A stretch of 64,000 bases of DNA from Giardia intestinalis (Eukaryota). The notes under the pieces are model-generated. The model was not told the origin of the DNA, did not search any database, and saw nothing but the letters and a program-made list of their open reading frames with translations. The stretch lies in assembly GCA_000002435.2 (NCBI GenBank), contig CM018793.1. One strand, 5' to 3'. Positions 19,445 through 30,249 of this stretch are shown here, piece by piece (within the stretch, counting starts at the first letter, position 1; each line of letters starts with the position of its first letter). Position numbers and translations under genes: made by a program.

Positions 19445-22042
19445 CTACTTTGTAAGGATGGCCACTATCTCCTCATAGCCTTTCTTCCTGGCCATGTCGA
19501 GGGGTGTCTCTGTACATGCACAAGTTAAATGGGGTTCTGTATTGTACTGGGTTCTTCTAACATCTCCTTCCTTCTCTGCAAGAAGTCTTACACACTCTAT
19601 GTTGTTATTATCTATTGCCCATATAAGAGCAGTCCAGCCGTACTTATCATGCATCCCCGCCTCCCTGCCCAGAAGTAGCTTGACACATTCTGGATGATTA
19701 TTACGTACTGCACCCATGAGAGCAGTTCTACCCTTATTGTCCTGCATGCCCCCCTCCTCACTCAAGAGTAATCTAATACATTCTAGATGACCGTTATATG
19801 CAGCAAGGATGAGAGCAGTCTGACCGTCACTGTCTTTCATTCCACTTTCGTGAGCTACTAGCTGTCTCACCGCTTCTGTGTATCCATATATTGCCGCTCT
19901 CATAAGTGCTGTTCCTTCGTATATTTCCCATTTATCTATTTTGACATATTCTGCTTTTCGTCCTTTTTGAAGAGATATAAGTGTTTTCAGCACCTCTACA
20001 TCGTTTGTATCTGCCGCCCGCATAAGAGCCGTAGTACCTCTGCCATCTGTTGGGCTGAGAATCTCTACGACGTCCTCGTAGCCCGCTTGTGCAGCAAGCG
20101 TCAGAGCTGTATCGCCATCATCATTCTTCTTTTCCTTGTCAGAGAGCTGATTCCTGACTGTTTCAATGTCTCCAATGAAGGAAGCACACATGAGTTGGGT
20201 CCAGGATGAAGCCTCGTATTCACGAAGAATCATAGCAGTGTCTGTACGGTCATTATTGAGAGCATGCACGAACGCTGTGTTCCCACTGCTATCCTTTATT
20301 CCTTTCTGGATTGGTATAAGCAGTTTTACCATCTCAGTATCTCCTCTGGCTGCTGCCCTCATGAGTGCCGTGATATCATCTTTATCTGTAGGATCGTCGT
20401 GCTCTACGAGGATCTCAACGAGTTCTGGATGTCCATTCTTAAGAGCGTAGTATAAGGCGTTGTGATTCTGCTTATCCTTTATTCCCTTTTCGTGACCAAG
20501 AAGGATTTTTACCATTTCAAGATTCCCCTTTTGTGCGGCAACCATTAAGGCAGTTTTGCCTTCATTGTCAGCCAGACCCTTTTCATGTGAGGCCAGAAGG
20601 GATGCAACTTCTGCATGGCCTTTCTCTGCGGCGATCATCAAAGCAGTTTGATTATTCTTGTTTGTCTCTCTACACTCGTGAAGAATGAGAATCCTGGTTA
20701 CCTCAGGATGGTTGTTGTATGAGGCGTGCATGAGCGCAGTCCAGCCGTTCTTGTCCTGGAGGCCGTTTTCCTCCCCAACAAGCAACTCGACGGGATCAAC
20801 GTGCCCCTGCTGGGCCGCGTGCATGAGGGCCGTCATCCCCTGTGCGTCACGCTGACCAACGCCGAGTCTTTCTTCAAGCAGCATCCAGACGGTCTCCGTG
20901 CTATTCGTATGCGCGGCACGCATCAGCCTTGGCAGCAAAAAGAGGCTGGACTGAGGGTCAGTCGTGTTCATCCTGTCACTGAACTGTGCAAGCCTATTCT
21001 CCAGTGCCTTAATCATAGCTAGATGTTCCTTACTTTGGTCTTCAAGTGCGTCGATCTTAGTAGATTTAATCTTAACATCCTCTTCCAGCAGCGCGATCCT
21101 GGCGTTAGCGCCATTCAGCGCAGCCTCCAAGGATCCGCACTTATACTTCAGCATCACGCACTGACCTCCCAACTCACCAACTGGGATGTCGAATGTAGCG
21201 AGCGTCTCGTGCAGCTCCCTGGCCGTCGGCCTCCTCTCTGGCTCCAATACGAATATCCGCTCCAGAACACTCTTTATGAAGCCATCAGTGACACCGCTCA
21301 GGTCCGGCCTCCACCCATCGATGAAGACCTCTGCCGGCTCCTTGCCCCCCAAGAAGTCCGGTCTCCTCAGAGTTACTAATTCATAAATGATGACCCCGAG
21401 GCTCCATACGTCGGAGGCAGGGCTGGCCTCGTTGTGGAGGAGCACCTCGGGGGCAACGTATGCCATTATTCCTATGAGAGTGCTCCCACTCCACAGGGCG
21501 TCCCTGCAGAGGCCGAAGTCGGCGATGACGAAGCGCTCTCCGTCTGCGTTGATAAATATATTGGCAGGCCTGAGGTCGCGGTGGACGAGGCCTCTAGTGT
21601 TTGCTCCATTGACGCTGTGGAGGTAGGCGAGGGCGGCGGTGAGCTGTTTCATGACAGAGAGAATCACGCCGGCAGACACGGGGATCTTCCTTCGCTTGTG
21701 CTCAGTGAGGAGGCGCTCAAGGGTCTTGTCGTGCCGGTCCGTGACGACGTAGAAGAAGCTTTCGTCTTCGACAACTTGATGGTACTTGATGACTCCCGGG
21801 TGAAAGAGGGTAAAAAGAGCGGCCAGCTCAAGCTTGATAGTATCCACGCTGCTCCTATCCAAGCCTTCAAGCAAGATCTCCTTCACGGCGAGACTCGGAT
21901 AACCTTCGAGGGAGTAGACTACACCTGTGGCATCTCTTCCTAGCACGCCATTCAGCCGCTCGTGGAGCTCCTTAAAGGTGAACGGTGGGATGGTGGGAGT
22001 CACTGCAGAAAGACTGAATGCGTTATTGCCATTGTCGGCCAT
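19445..22042 (-). CDS. NEK: NEK-family protein kinase fused to a coiled coil and about 15 ankyrin repeats (left copy).
   Basis: Kinase motifs VAVKEI (beta3 Lys), HRDLRPANI, DFG and APE. A coiled-coil segment (LEEDVKIKSTKIDALEDQSKEHLAMIKALENRLAQF) is followed by tandem TALM.AA..GH ankyrin units. AGTAAAT poly(A) signal at 19432-19438. Confidence 0.85.
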   Translation of the reverse strand: MADNGNNAFSLSAVTPTIPPFTFKELHERLNGVLGRDATGVVYSLEGYPSLAVKEILLEGLDRSSVDTIKLELAALFTLFHPGVIKYHQVVEDESFFYVVTDRHDKTLERLLTEHKRRKIPVSAGVILSVMKQLTAALAYLHSVNGANTRGLVHRDLRPANIFINADGERFVIADFGLCRDALWSGSTLIGIMAYVAPEVLLHNEASPASDVWSLGVIIYELVTLRRPDFLGGKEPAEVFIDGWRPDLSGVTDGFIKSVLERIFVLEPERRPTARELHETLATFDIPVGELGGQCVMLKYKCGSLEAALNGANARIALLEEDVKIKSTKIDALEDQSKEHLAMIKALENRLAQFSDRMNTTDPQSSLFLLPRLMRAAHTNSTETVWMLLEERLGVGQRDAQGMTALMHAAQQGHVDPVELLVGEENGLQDKNGWTALMHASYNNHPEVTRILILHECRETNKNNQTALMIAAEKGHAEVASLLASHEKGLADNEGKTALMVAAQKGNLEMVKILLGHEKGIKDKQNHNALYYALKNGHPELVEILVEHDDPTDKDDITALMRAAARGDTEMVKLLIPIQKGIKDSSGNTAFVHALNNDRTDTAMILREYEASSWTQLMCASFIGDIETVRNQLSDKEKKNDDGDTALTLAAQAGYEDVVEILSPTDGRGTTALMRAADTNDVEVLKTLISLQKGRKAEYVKIDKWEIYEGTALMRAAIYGYTEAVRQLVAHESGMKDSDGQTALILAAYNGHLECIRLLLSEEGGMQDNKGRTALMGAVRNNHPECVKLLLGREAGMHDKYGWTALIWAIDNNNIECVRLLAEKEGDVRRTQYNTEPHLTCACTETPLDMARKKGYEEIVAILTK

Positions 22043-22544
22043 GACAGTTTATTTTCAAAAATAAGACCAAGCGATTGGATTGAACGAGTGATTGGGCCGC
22101 ACCCTCAGAGGCTACAAGAGAGCACAGGCATCTGCCAGCCTCACTTCTCGAATCTGTGTTCACGACAGCAGACACGTCGTCCCATACACTGTGGAGCGCC
22201 CTTGCATGCGCTGGCATGGCGTCCCTGTCTGTCCTGGCCCGTTCGCGACTATCACGCATTACTAGTACTCTGCGCCAGCTCTCTCGACTGTGTAGTCATG
22301 GCAATTCCACGTGTGCACAGGCCATCTAGCAGCACTCGCCCGCGTCCTCTGCTCCTCCGCCACTCATCCACGCGGGCCATGCAGGGTCTAGTGGCCCTTC
22401 CAGCGCTGGCCACGTTGGTGCTCTCTTCTGATGCTGCATGCCCTACAGGATCACCCGTGCTCACCATATTCCTAGAACCCATCACGCACCAGGGGGCTCC
22501 CTCGCAATTGGTGCCCAGAAAGTCGCGAGCAGGATTCATCGGCG

Positions 22545-22561
22545 CGTTTACTACCTAAGTC
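22545..22561 (-). promoter_or_regulatory. Extended VSP poly(A) signal (left copy).
   Basis: The reverse complement reads tgACTTAGGTAGTAAAC, overlapping the TGA stop, matching the ACTYAGRTAGTRAAY element described for Giardia VSP transcripts. Confidence 0.7.
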
Positions 22562-24836
22562 ATGCCTTCCCTCTGCATATGAACCACCAGCAGAGGAAGC
22601 CCACAAGGCCAGCCACGACGACCACCACGGCGACGGAGATACCTGCTATGGCCCCCGTGGAGAGCCCGCTACTCTTGTTGGCGCCAGAGGACACACACTT
22701 GTCACCCTCCAGACTGTAGTCGTCCCCGCACTGACCGCACTTGTTCTCCTCGCTGCACCTGACGCACCCGTCGATACTGCAGGGGATGCACTTCGTTCCG
22801 TCTGTGTTCGGTCTCTGGTCTTTACTGGTACAGGCCTCGCACTTGCCGCCTGCTCCACAGTGCGAGCATCCGTCAATGGTACATGTGAAGCACCCGCTCC
22901 CAGCCAGGTTGGGTTTATTATTGCCGCTACACGCTGTGCACGTGGCAGGGGCCATGCCAGGAGCCTCTAGCGCTGCTGGGGCCGTGCATGCTGTGCAGCC
23001 ATATACCCCCACATATGCCTTAGCGGTGCTGCCAGCCCCTATCACTGTGCCAAGGGGGTTCTCGCAGGCCAGGACAGACTGATCAGTATTGGATGCCCCC
23101 GGGACCAGGAAGTACCGGCTGTTCTCGCTGGGGGCGGTGCACCTCCCTCCCTCGGCAGTCTTGCACATGTGGCTGCCAGGAGCCTTCTGAGTACTGTAGC
23201 AGCCGCCCATGTACAGGAAGTACCCGGCAGCACACTGGGTGCAGACGCCATTGGCACAGGTGTTGTCACCCTTAGTTCCTGTGCAGACGCCATCGATGGG
23301 GAACGTGGCGGGGTCTCCGCACAGCGAGCAGTACTGGGAGAACGCCCCGGCGCTGTCAACGACGACCGCCCCGCAGGCCCCAGACGTCCCCCCGCAGGCC
23401 GTGGGGTCCTCGCAGGCCTTTGTGCACTTCACCGGATTGGTTCCCTCCTTGCGATAGTTGGGCTTACAGGAGTTGCAGGTCAACGAGCCAGCGAAGGTGC
23501 ACGTTGCACACCCATCGACTCCATCTGTCGGGTTATCACAGGGGACGCATGTGCCGGGGGAAGTGCCCCCTCTCAAGAAGAACCCGGTCTTGCAGGTTTG
23601 GCATTTGGTCTTGTCAGCTTTCTCAGAGCAGGTTGCGCAGTTCTCGCCACAGGCGTCACATGTGAAGCCGCTGTTGGTGTTCTTGATGTACCCCTCCAGG
23701 CACTCTGTGCAGGTCGGCGGTGTGGCGCCAGTCCTCGAGCACTTCTTACAGCCGACGATGCCCTGGTTCTTCTTCTCTTGCTCTGTCACTGTGTCGCTGC
23801 ATAGAATACACGCTGTTGCGTCGTCTTTCATGAATAGCCCACTATCGGTGGCTTTGCAGCCGTCGTCTGTCTTTTCCACGCACGTCGTCGTCCCGTCGGC
23901 AGCAGTTCTTACCAGCTTCCCGTTACAATCGGTGCACCTCGGCTTTCCCGTGGCGTCACTATATTCGCATGCCGCGCACCCAGCTATGTCAGTAGCGCAG
24001 GCCTTGCACTCGTCTGCTTTTGGGTCTGCATAGCTATCACTACCACATCCACCAGCCTCTACACACTCAGTGCCCTTCAGGAACTTCCCCCCAAGGCAGG
24101 CGGTGCACTGGGTCGGCGTAGCAGACTCACACGTCAAACAGCCGGGTCCGCATTGCACACATGCACCATCCTTCGTAGCGTACCCTCCTTGGCATGCAGT
24201 GCACGTGGCAGCCCCTGTACCGCCACCTGGCGCCGTGCATGTGTAGCAGCCCGCCACCCCCGTGACTCCGTCTCGCGGAGTGACGTCTGAGCAAAGCACG
24301 CACTCGTTGCCAGGGGCTACTGGGCTGGCCGGGTTCTGGAATAGATACACAGCGTCTGCCTTGCAGGTGGTGCACACCCCCTTGTCGGCCGCCGTGCAGA
24401 TCTCAGACCACTGGCTCGTCTTGTAGCACCCGCCCATGAAGAGGAAGTACCCGTCCCCGCACTTTCCGCAGGCAGTATCCGAGCCCGCCAACGCGGTCCC
24501 GTCTGCCCTGGTGCACCCGGCCGCCGCGGCCTGGGGGGAGCCGGGGGGCCAGCAGAAGCCGCCGACCGGGACGCCCCCGGCCCTGCACTCGGTGCAGATC
24601 TCGGAGTACCCGACCGTCTCGCACTTGTCGGTCTGGCAGCTCGCGGCATGGTCTCCGTCTGGCTGATAGGCCGCCGCGAGTGTGACTGCAAGCGTGGTTC
24701 CTACACACAGCAGTGGGTATCGCCTCAGAGGGCCCGCCTCCGCCACCTGCTGTGTACCGAATGTTGTGCTTGCAATGGGGAGTGCATGTTGAGATGTGGT
24801 CGATAGGCGCCCTGCAGACCCTGTGGTGGGCGGCAC
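22560..24836 (-). CDS. VSP: Variant-specific surface protein (VSP), left copy, with an atypical N-terminal extension.
   Basis: Cysteine-rich (about 12% Cys) with many CXXC motifs. Two GGCY motifs. TM followed by a CRGKA C-terminus. Extended VSP poly(A) signal ACTTAGGTAGTAAAC overlapping the stop. Unlike the right copy, the N-terminus (MPPTTGSAGRLSTTSQH...) is not a canonical signal peptide. Confidence 0.85.
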   Translation of the reverse strand: MPPTTGSAGRLSTTSQHALPIASTTFGTQQVAEAGPLRRYPLLCVGTTLAVTLAAAYQPDGDHAASCQTDKCETVGYSEICTECRAGGVPVGGFCWPPGSPQAAAAGCTRADGTALAGSDTACGKCGDGYFLFMGGCYKTSQWSEICTAADKGVCTTCKADAVYLFQNPASPVAPGNECVLCSDVTPRDGVTGVAGCYTCTAPGGGTGAATCTACQGGYATKDGACVQCGPGCLTCESATPTQCTACLGGKFLKGTECVEAGGCGSDSYADPKADECKACATDIAGCAACEYSDATGKPRCTDCNGKLVRTAADGTTTCVEKTDDGCKATDSGLFMKDDATACILCSDTVTEQEKKNQGIVGCKKCSRTGATPPTCTECLEGYIKNTNSGFTCDACGENCATCSEKADKTKCQTCKTGFFLRGGTSPGTCVPCDNPTDGVDGCATCTFAGSLTCNSCKPNYRKEGTNPVKCTKACEDPTACGGTSGACGAVVVDSAGAFSQYCSLCGDPATFPIDGVCTGTKGDNTCANGVCTQCAAGYFLYMGGCYSTQKAPGSHMCKTAEGGRCTAPSENSRYFLVPGASNTDQSVLACENPLGTVIGAGSTAKAYVGVYGCTACTAPAALEAPGMAPATCTACSGNNKPNLAGSGCFTCTIDGCSHCGAGGKCEACTSKDQRPNTDGTKCIPCSIDGCVRCSEENKCGQCGDDYSLEGDKCVSSGANKSSGLSTGAIAGISVAVVVVVAGLVGFLCWWFICRGKA

Positions 24837-25192
24837 TCGGCCTTCCTAGAAGCTATGCTCCCAGTAGATGGCTACAGTGAGCAAGCCCTGACTCGTCTGG
24901 CTTCAGTTCCGTACGTAGTTTATTGCTCAGTCGATTGTGAACAGCCCTTGAGGCCCGGTGCCCTAATCCGGTATTGGGGATCTGACTATGTAACACGCCA
25001 CTGAAGTAGAGTGGGTGTTTCCAAAAGCGCGTGACTTGATGCAACTCTCCAGTGCATCGGTTCGCCCTACCACGGGGGATAGCCGGGGCTGGCCTGGACA
25101 GGGCTTTTCTCTCGTACCGATCAGTTCACAGGTTTCCTTCTTATGTTTACAACATACTAATAAATAAGCCAAGCCAGTCCTAGGCACACCGC

Positions 25193-28100
25193 ATGCTGAT
25201 TCTCCTGTGTGCTGCTGCATGTCTCGCCGAGGCGTGCGGGACAGGACCTGCATGTGTTAACGGAGACTGCGCCTACGGGGACGGAGCACACTTCTGCCAG
25301 TGCAGGCGGGGCTGGGCGGGGGCTGCGTGCGATGCTCCCCGTGCAGGGTTCTGCAGGGTAACTACTAATACTGGCAAGGCGTCTACAGACAGGGCCGTCA
25401 ACTACGCCTGCCTCGTGAACGGGACGGAGTGCACAGGGTCGAGCAAGTGCACCTACTACGCGGGGGCGTACTCGTGCGACCCCTGTCCCGATGGCTTCGT
25501 GTCCTACGAGGGCGAGTGCCTGCCGAGGGGCTGCTTCAACACCGACGACTTCTCAAACCAGGAGGCAACGAAGGCCCCCTGCAACGGCCGCGGCCGCTGC
25601 CTCCTGAAGGACCCCGGGCTGGCCGGGCTGAGTGCTGACGACTACGCGTGCGACTGCTACCCGATCTACCGCGGGGGCCTCTGCCAGTCGTGCGACGACG
25701 CCAACGCGATCGCTACAGAAAGCTCTTCGTCTGACGCCCTCCCTACGTGCAATGCGCGGGCCTGCCAGGACTCGGATGGCATCGTGTGCTCAGGCCAGGG
25801 AACGTGCACCCTCGACGTGGGCCTCGATCGCGAATCGTACCGCTACCGCTGCAAGTGCAATGATGGCTACACACGCGTTGGGCACAGGTGCGTCAGGACG
25901 GAGTGCGTGGCCACGATTGACGGGTCCCCGGTCGTCTGCGGGGGCTTCGGGAAGTGCACAGATGAAGGAAACAACGGGGTGTTCAGATGTGTTTGCGATT
26001 CGGATGCAGTCCAGGTCGATAAGTTTTGCACATATTCCGCGTGCACAGACGAGTCCCGCTCAAAGATCTGTGGCGGAGTGGGCGCGTGTGTGCGCAATGG
26101 CGCTGGCTATAGTTGCGATTGCCGAGGGCTTGCCACGGGCGACCTCTGCGATACTTGCACTGACAAGTCTGCTAAGATAAATGGCACCTGTGTTCCAGTG
26201 GGGTGCCTCACTTCAAACAACCAGGAATCATGCAAGAACGGAGGAACATGTGTCAAGTCCAACGGCGAGTACCACTGCCGCTGCCCGGACATGCTCTTGC
26301 CGTCGACGGAGAGTGCACGTCCCCCGCGTGCATGGACGAGGAACTGGGGAAGGTCTGCTCGGGGCACGGCACGTGCAAGACGGACGATCTACGAAATATA
26401 CAATGCACTTGTGATCAGGACTATACCTACATCGCTCCGGGGCGTTGCATCTTGAGCACTTTGGTAGATAGCCCTGCCACGGTTTGCAGTGACCATGGAC
26501 GCATTGTCGTTAGTGCTGAGGCTCCTGATACGATGACGTGCCAGTGTTCGCCTATCCACACAGGAGCTAAGTGCGCAGAATGTGATCAACAGAACGCGCA
26601 AATGATTGGCGAGAAATGTATTGCAAAGAAGTGCATTGTGCAGCAACAGCCACCGGATCCACAGCCCAGTCTGCGCACGGCTACTGCTCAGGATATCTGC
26701 GGGAACACAGGCACGTACACCACTTATGGTGATCCGAGCAATCCGTTCATCACATGCGTCCCTAAAGATGCTGATAGTGGAAATGTCTCCGCCTACAACG
26801 GCACCTTCTCTGCTAAACCTGGATGTGTATTTATCAGTAAGATAGACAAGACAAGAAGATTCTTTTGTGGATTCCTTGAGAATATAACAGAAAACCTGTC
26901 AACTGGTAACTTGCCTACGTGCGCTAAACCTTCCGAAAAACCCGATCTGCCTGAAACATGTACTCACTGTCCAACTGACTTTCACCTTGTACACTTTGGG
27001 GAAAACAATAGCACATGTATGCACAAGAGTTGTCACGATGGCAAATCCAGTCATATGTGGTACAATTACTGCGGCGGCGTGGGAGACTGTATTCAGAAGA
27101 AGGATAAAAGCGGATACGAGTGTGATTGTGGGACTGCTGCTAAATGGGATCCAAATTTGAAGGCGTGTGTTACTGATGCATGCAAGCTCAACAAGAGTCT
27201 TGCTGGCCCCTATGCACCAGACTACTGTATTCCTCAGTCTACCTTTACACTCGAATGCACTGTCGGACGGGACGCAACGTGGCAGTGTAATTGCACTGGG
27301 GACTATGTTACGTACAACAAGACGTGCATTTCAAAGAGTAAGAACGCTGATCCAAAGACTCAGCGAGCAAGGGGACTCTGTGGCGGCCCCGGGGCGGGAT
27401 ATATAGACAGTACTGGAACCTGCGTCTGCAGCAATGGCTTCCTCAAGATCGGTGACATGTGCTACAGCTACGACTGCCTGCCAGTTGGCATATCAGATAA
27501 CATAAGGAATCCGGATATCAACGTGCTTGTCTGCTCCGGAAAGGGGGTCTGCGCATACAACCAGCTGACTGGCCGGTACGGCTGCGAGTGCAGCGACGGA
27601 CTGGAGGCCTTCGGGGGCTACTGCACTCATCCAGGATGCGCCGGAAAGGTAATGCATAACGGAGAAATTAAGTATGTTGAGTGCAAAATCTACGATGGAA
27701 CAACTGGAGATTGTACAAACGATAAGGGCACATATTCCTGCAAGTGTACTACTCCGTATAGATCTGTCAATGGGATCTGTGTTCATCAGCGTTGCGTATC
27801 GTATGATAACGTCTATTGCGGAGGAGATGTCCTGGCTGCATGCGTGCAGGGGAGTAATTACTATTACGGGTGTGTCTGCTCCGAAGGCTATGAGAGGGGC
27901 CAGCTCAATTCGGAATGCATTCCAAGTAAGTGTGTTTACAGAAGGCTGCTGAGTGATCCCACTATTGCATGCAATGGGTTAGGAACATGTGGCGGAGAAG
28001 GATCTTTGTTGAAGAATAGGCGGTGTGAGTGCAAGTCTGGTGCTAAGCTAGTCACACTTAGAGATGTGAATGGGGAGTTGAGAGAAACATGTATATTAAG

Positions 28101-30249
28101 TGAGTGCATTTCTAGTGAGGACGGAGTGGAACCGCCGATTATCTGTGGAGGACTAGGCAGTTGTGGGTCCACAGGATGCGTATGCGATCTGGGGACAAAG
28201 TTATTTAAAAAGGCTTGCTTTGGCATCAACTGCTTTATTAACACCGTAGATGATAGCGGACAACTTGTTGAGTCTGTGTGCGGTGGCGAGACCGTTGGGG
28301 TGTGCACAAAGATAGCGTCGCACGGCGATCGTCGAGACTACGCTTGTAAGTGCAAGGACCCGAAGCCTGACGAGTATGAAGAACTTGATGGGTTCTGTCT
28401 ACCAAAAGCTTGCATATTTGAAATCACAACCTTGACTAATCAGCAGGTGAGGACGATGTGCGGTGGAAAGCAGTTTGGAACATGCGTTCTTAATGCTACT
28501 CAATCATCCAAGTCATACTGTAAGTGCATAAATCGATATGACATTATTCAAATAACAAATGGAAAGTGTATGAAGAAAACCTGTCTTAGCGACTCTCTTT
28601 CTGGAGGTCCGGAGGGATACGTTGAATGTTCTGGACATGGGAAGTGTATAGGGGATCATATTGTGGGGTACTCGTGCAATTGTGACGAAAATTATCAAAC
28701 GGTTGCAGACGATCGCCGTTATTTGTGCGTACCAGCTGTCTGTGTTGTATCAGAGACAAATTCCAGTACTATATGCAACGGAAGAGGGACCTGTCAGTTC
28801 AAGACAGACCCAGGAAAGTGCGAGTGTAGGCCTGGGTATGATGGTACCAAATGTGAGACGTGTGCAAATGGCTACAAGGAACACACAGATGCACAGTGCT
28901 ACCTCAATGGCTGTCCGGCAGACAATTGTGGCACGGAGGAAAATACTAGCGTAGGGGCTTGCCAATTTAGCGGAAACAGTTTTGCTTGCGTCTGCGTCAA
29001 CTCGAGCTTCGTCGTTGACAGTGCTAGCAAGAAGTGCCGAAAATCCAGATGCGTTTGGTCGGATCCATACGATCAGACAGAAAAAACGTGCTATGGCATG
29101 GGTACGTGCAATGATAACGGCGAGGACACTGGGGCGTGTGTTTGCAACCCCGGGACAACCCTAGTCGGGACAAACATCTGTGTTTATAGCCAGTGCATCT
29201 CGGATGGAAGCGACCCCAAAGCAATATGCAAGGGGCGCGGGACATGCGTAGAGGGCCCTGTCGCCGGGACAGGACTGTGCAGATGCGACAGCAGCAGATA
29301 CCGCACAGACAAGAAGACCGGCCAGTGCTTTGTCAAGGAGTGCTTCGGGGCACACGAGAGCATCCTGGCCGAGGTCTGCGATGGCGGTGGAACATGCAGT
29401 GAAGACACTAAAAAGTGCAACTGTAGCGTAGACGGCTTCCAGAGCCTCGACGGCCAGAACGGCTGCGTGCACAGCAGCTGCGTCTCGTCGAACAACAAGC
29501 TTTGTAGCGGCTTTGGGGCCTGCGAGAAGACCGGTGACACCTACGGCTGCCTGTGCGCAAGTTACTATACTCTGGTCGACAAAGACTGCATCCCCACAAG
29601 GTGTCTCAAGGACGGGAAAGTCTGCAACGGCGGCGGCACGTGCTCCGGCGAGGGATCCTCTGCGACCTGTAGCTGCAACCAGGGCTGGGCTTCGCTGAAT
29701 AACCTCTGCTACCCGGCAGCCTGCGTTTCCAGTGGGACGCTCTGCGGGGGGAATGGCAACTGTCCACTTTCCACAGATAGTACATGCGAGTGCAAGTATG
29801 GGTATGAAAGTGTTCTTGACCAGCTCTGTATCAGCAGCCAGTGCGTCCAGCGCGGCACCGACGGCACCGTGACGATCTGCGGGGGCAACGGCAGGTGCGT
29901 GTCTGAGAACGGCGTGACTCCCAGCTGCGTGTGCAACGAGGGCTTCTCTCTCACAAGCGACTTCGTCTGCGGAGTCCCTGCTCCATCCAACAAGTCATCA
30001 AGTACCATAACGATTGCAGTCGTGGTCGTCGTCCTCCTCGTCCTCGTTGCAGTGGCCGGCTTCCTCGTCTGGTGGTTCGTGATACGGCCCAGGAAGAGCG
30101 GTGAGTTGAGGGAGCGCGCCCCGCGGAAAGGCCCTAGCTTTAGTGGCTCGCAAAAGCTCAAGAAGCAAGCAAGCTCCAAGGCGTCGCTCCACGCCACTGC
30201 GCCCCTACTGAGCCGGTCATCTCATGCCGGTTCTAGTGTCCAGCTCTAG
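25193..30249 (+). CDS. HCMP: High-cysteine membrane protein (HCMP, EGF-like/CXC-rich, about 1,680 codons), encoded as two overlapping ORFs (25193-26455 and 26203-30249) joined by an apparent -1 frameshift near 26288. Possible pseudogene or sequencing error.
   Basis: Signal peptide MLILLCAAACLAEA. Dozens of EGF-like Cys modules (CxCxxGY..., GxCxC) continue seamlessly across the frame change (...NGEYHCRCPD | GHALAVDGECTSPAC...). C-terminal TM IAVVVVVLLVLVAVAGFLVWWFVI followed by a 56-aa tail with no CRGKA. Confidence 0.75.

Larger units (their letters stand above)
18511..24666. repeat. Left arm (6,156 bp) of a large, apparently perfect inverted repeat.
   Basis: Every listed ORF in all six frames between 18742 and 24708 has an identical-length, identical-sequence mirror between 31513 and 37509. 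All paired coordinates sum to 56251. The edges were located by manual reverse-complement comparison, with homology decaying over about 30 bp at each boundary. Confidence 0.9.

Noticed and set aside
20166-21943. Plus-strand ORFs inside the NEK kinase gene (20166-20450, 21023-21379, 21434-21943 and others).
   Set aside because: They are antisense to a frame with unambiguous kinase and ankyrin motifs. They are low-complexity and lack motifs.
23169-23804. Numerous 60-210-aa ORFs antisense to, or out of frame within, the VSP genes (for example 23169-23804, 23458-24033, 22741-23082 and their mirrors 32218-33510).
   Set aside because: They are by-products of the GC-rich, Cys-codon-rich (TGC/TGT) VSP coding sequence, which leaves alternative frames stop-poor. 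Their products are Pro/Arg/Ala-rich nonsense, identical in both arms only because the DNA is identical.
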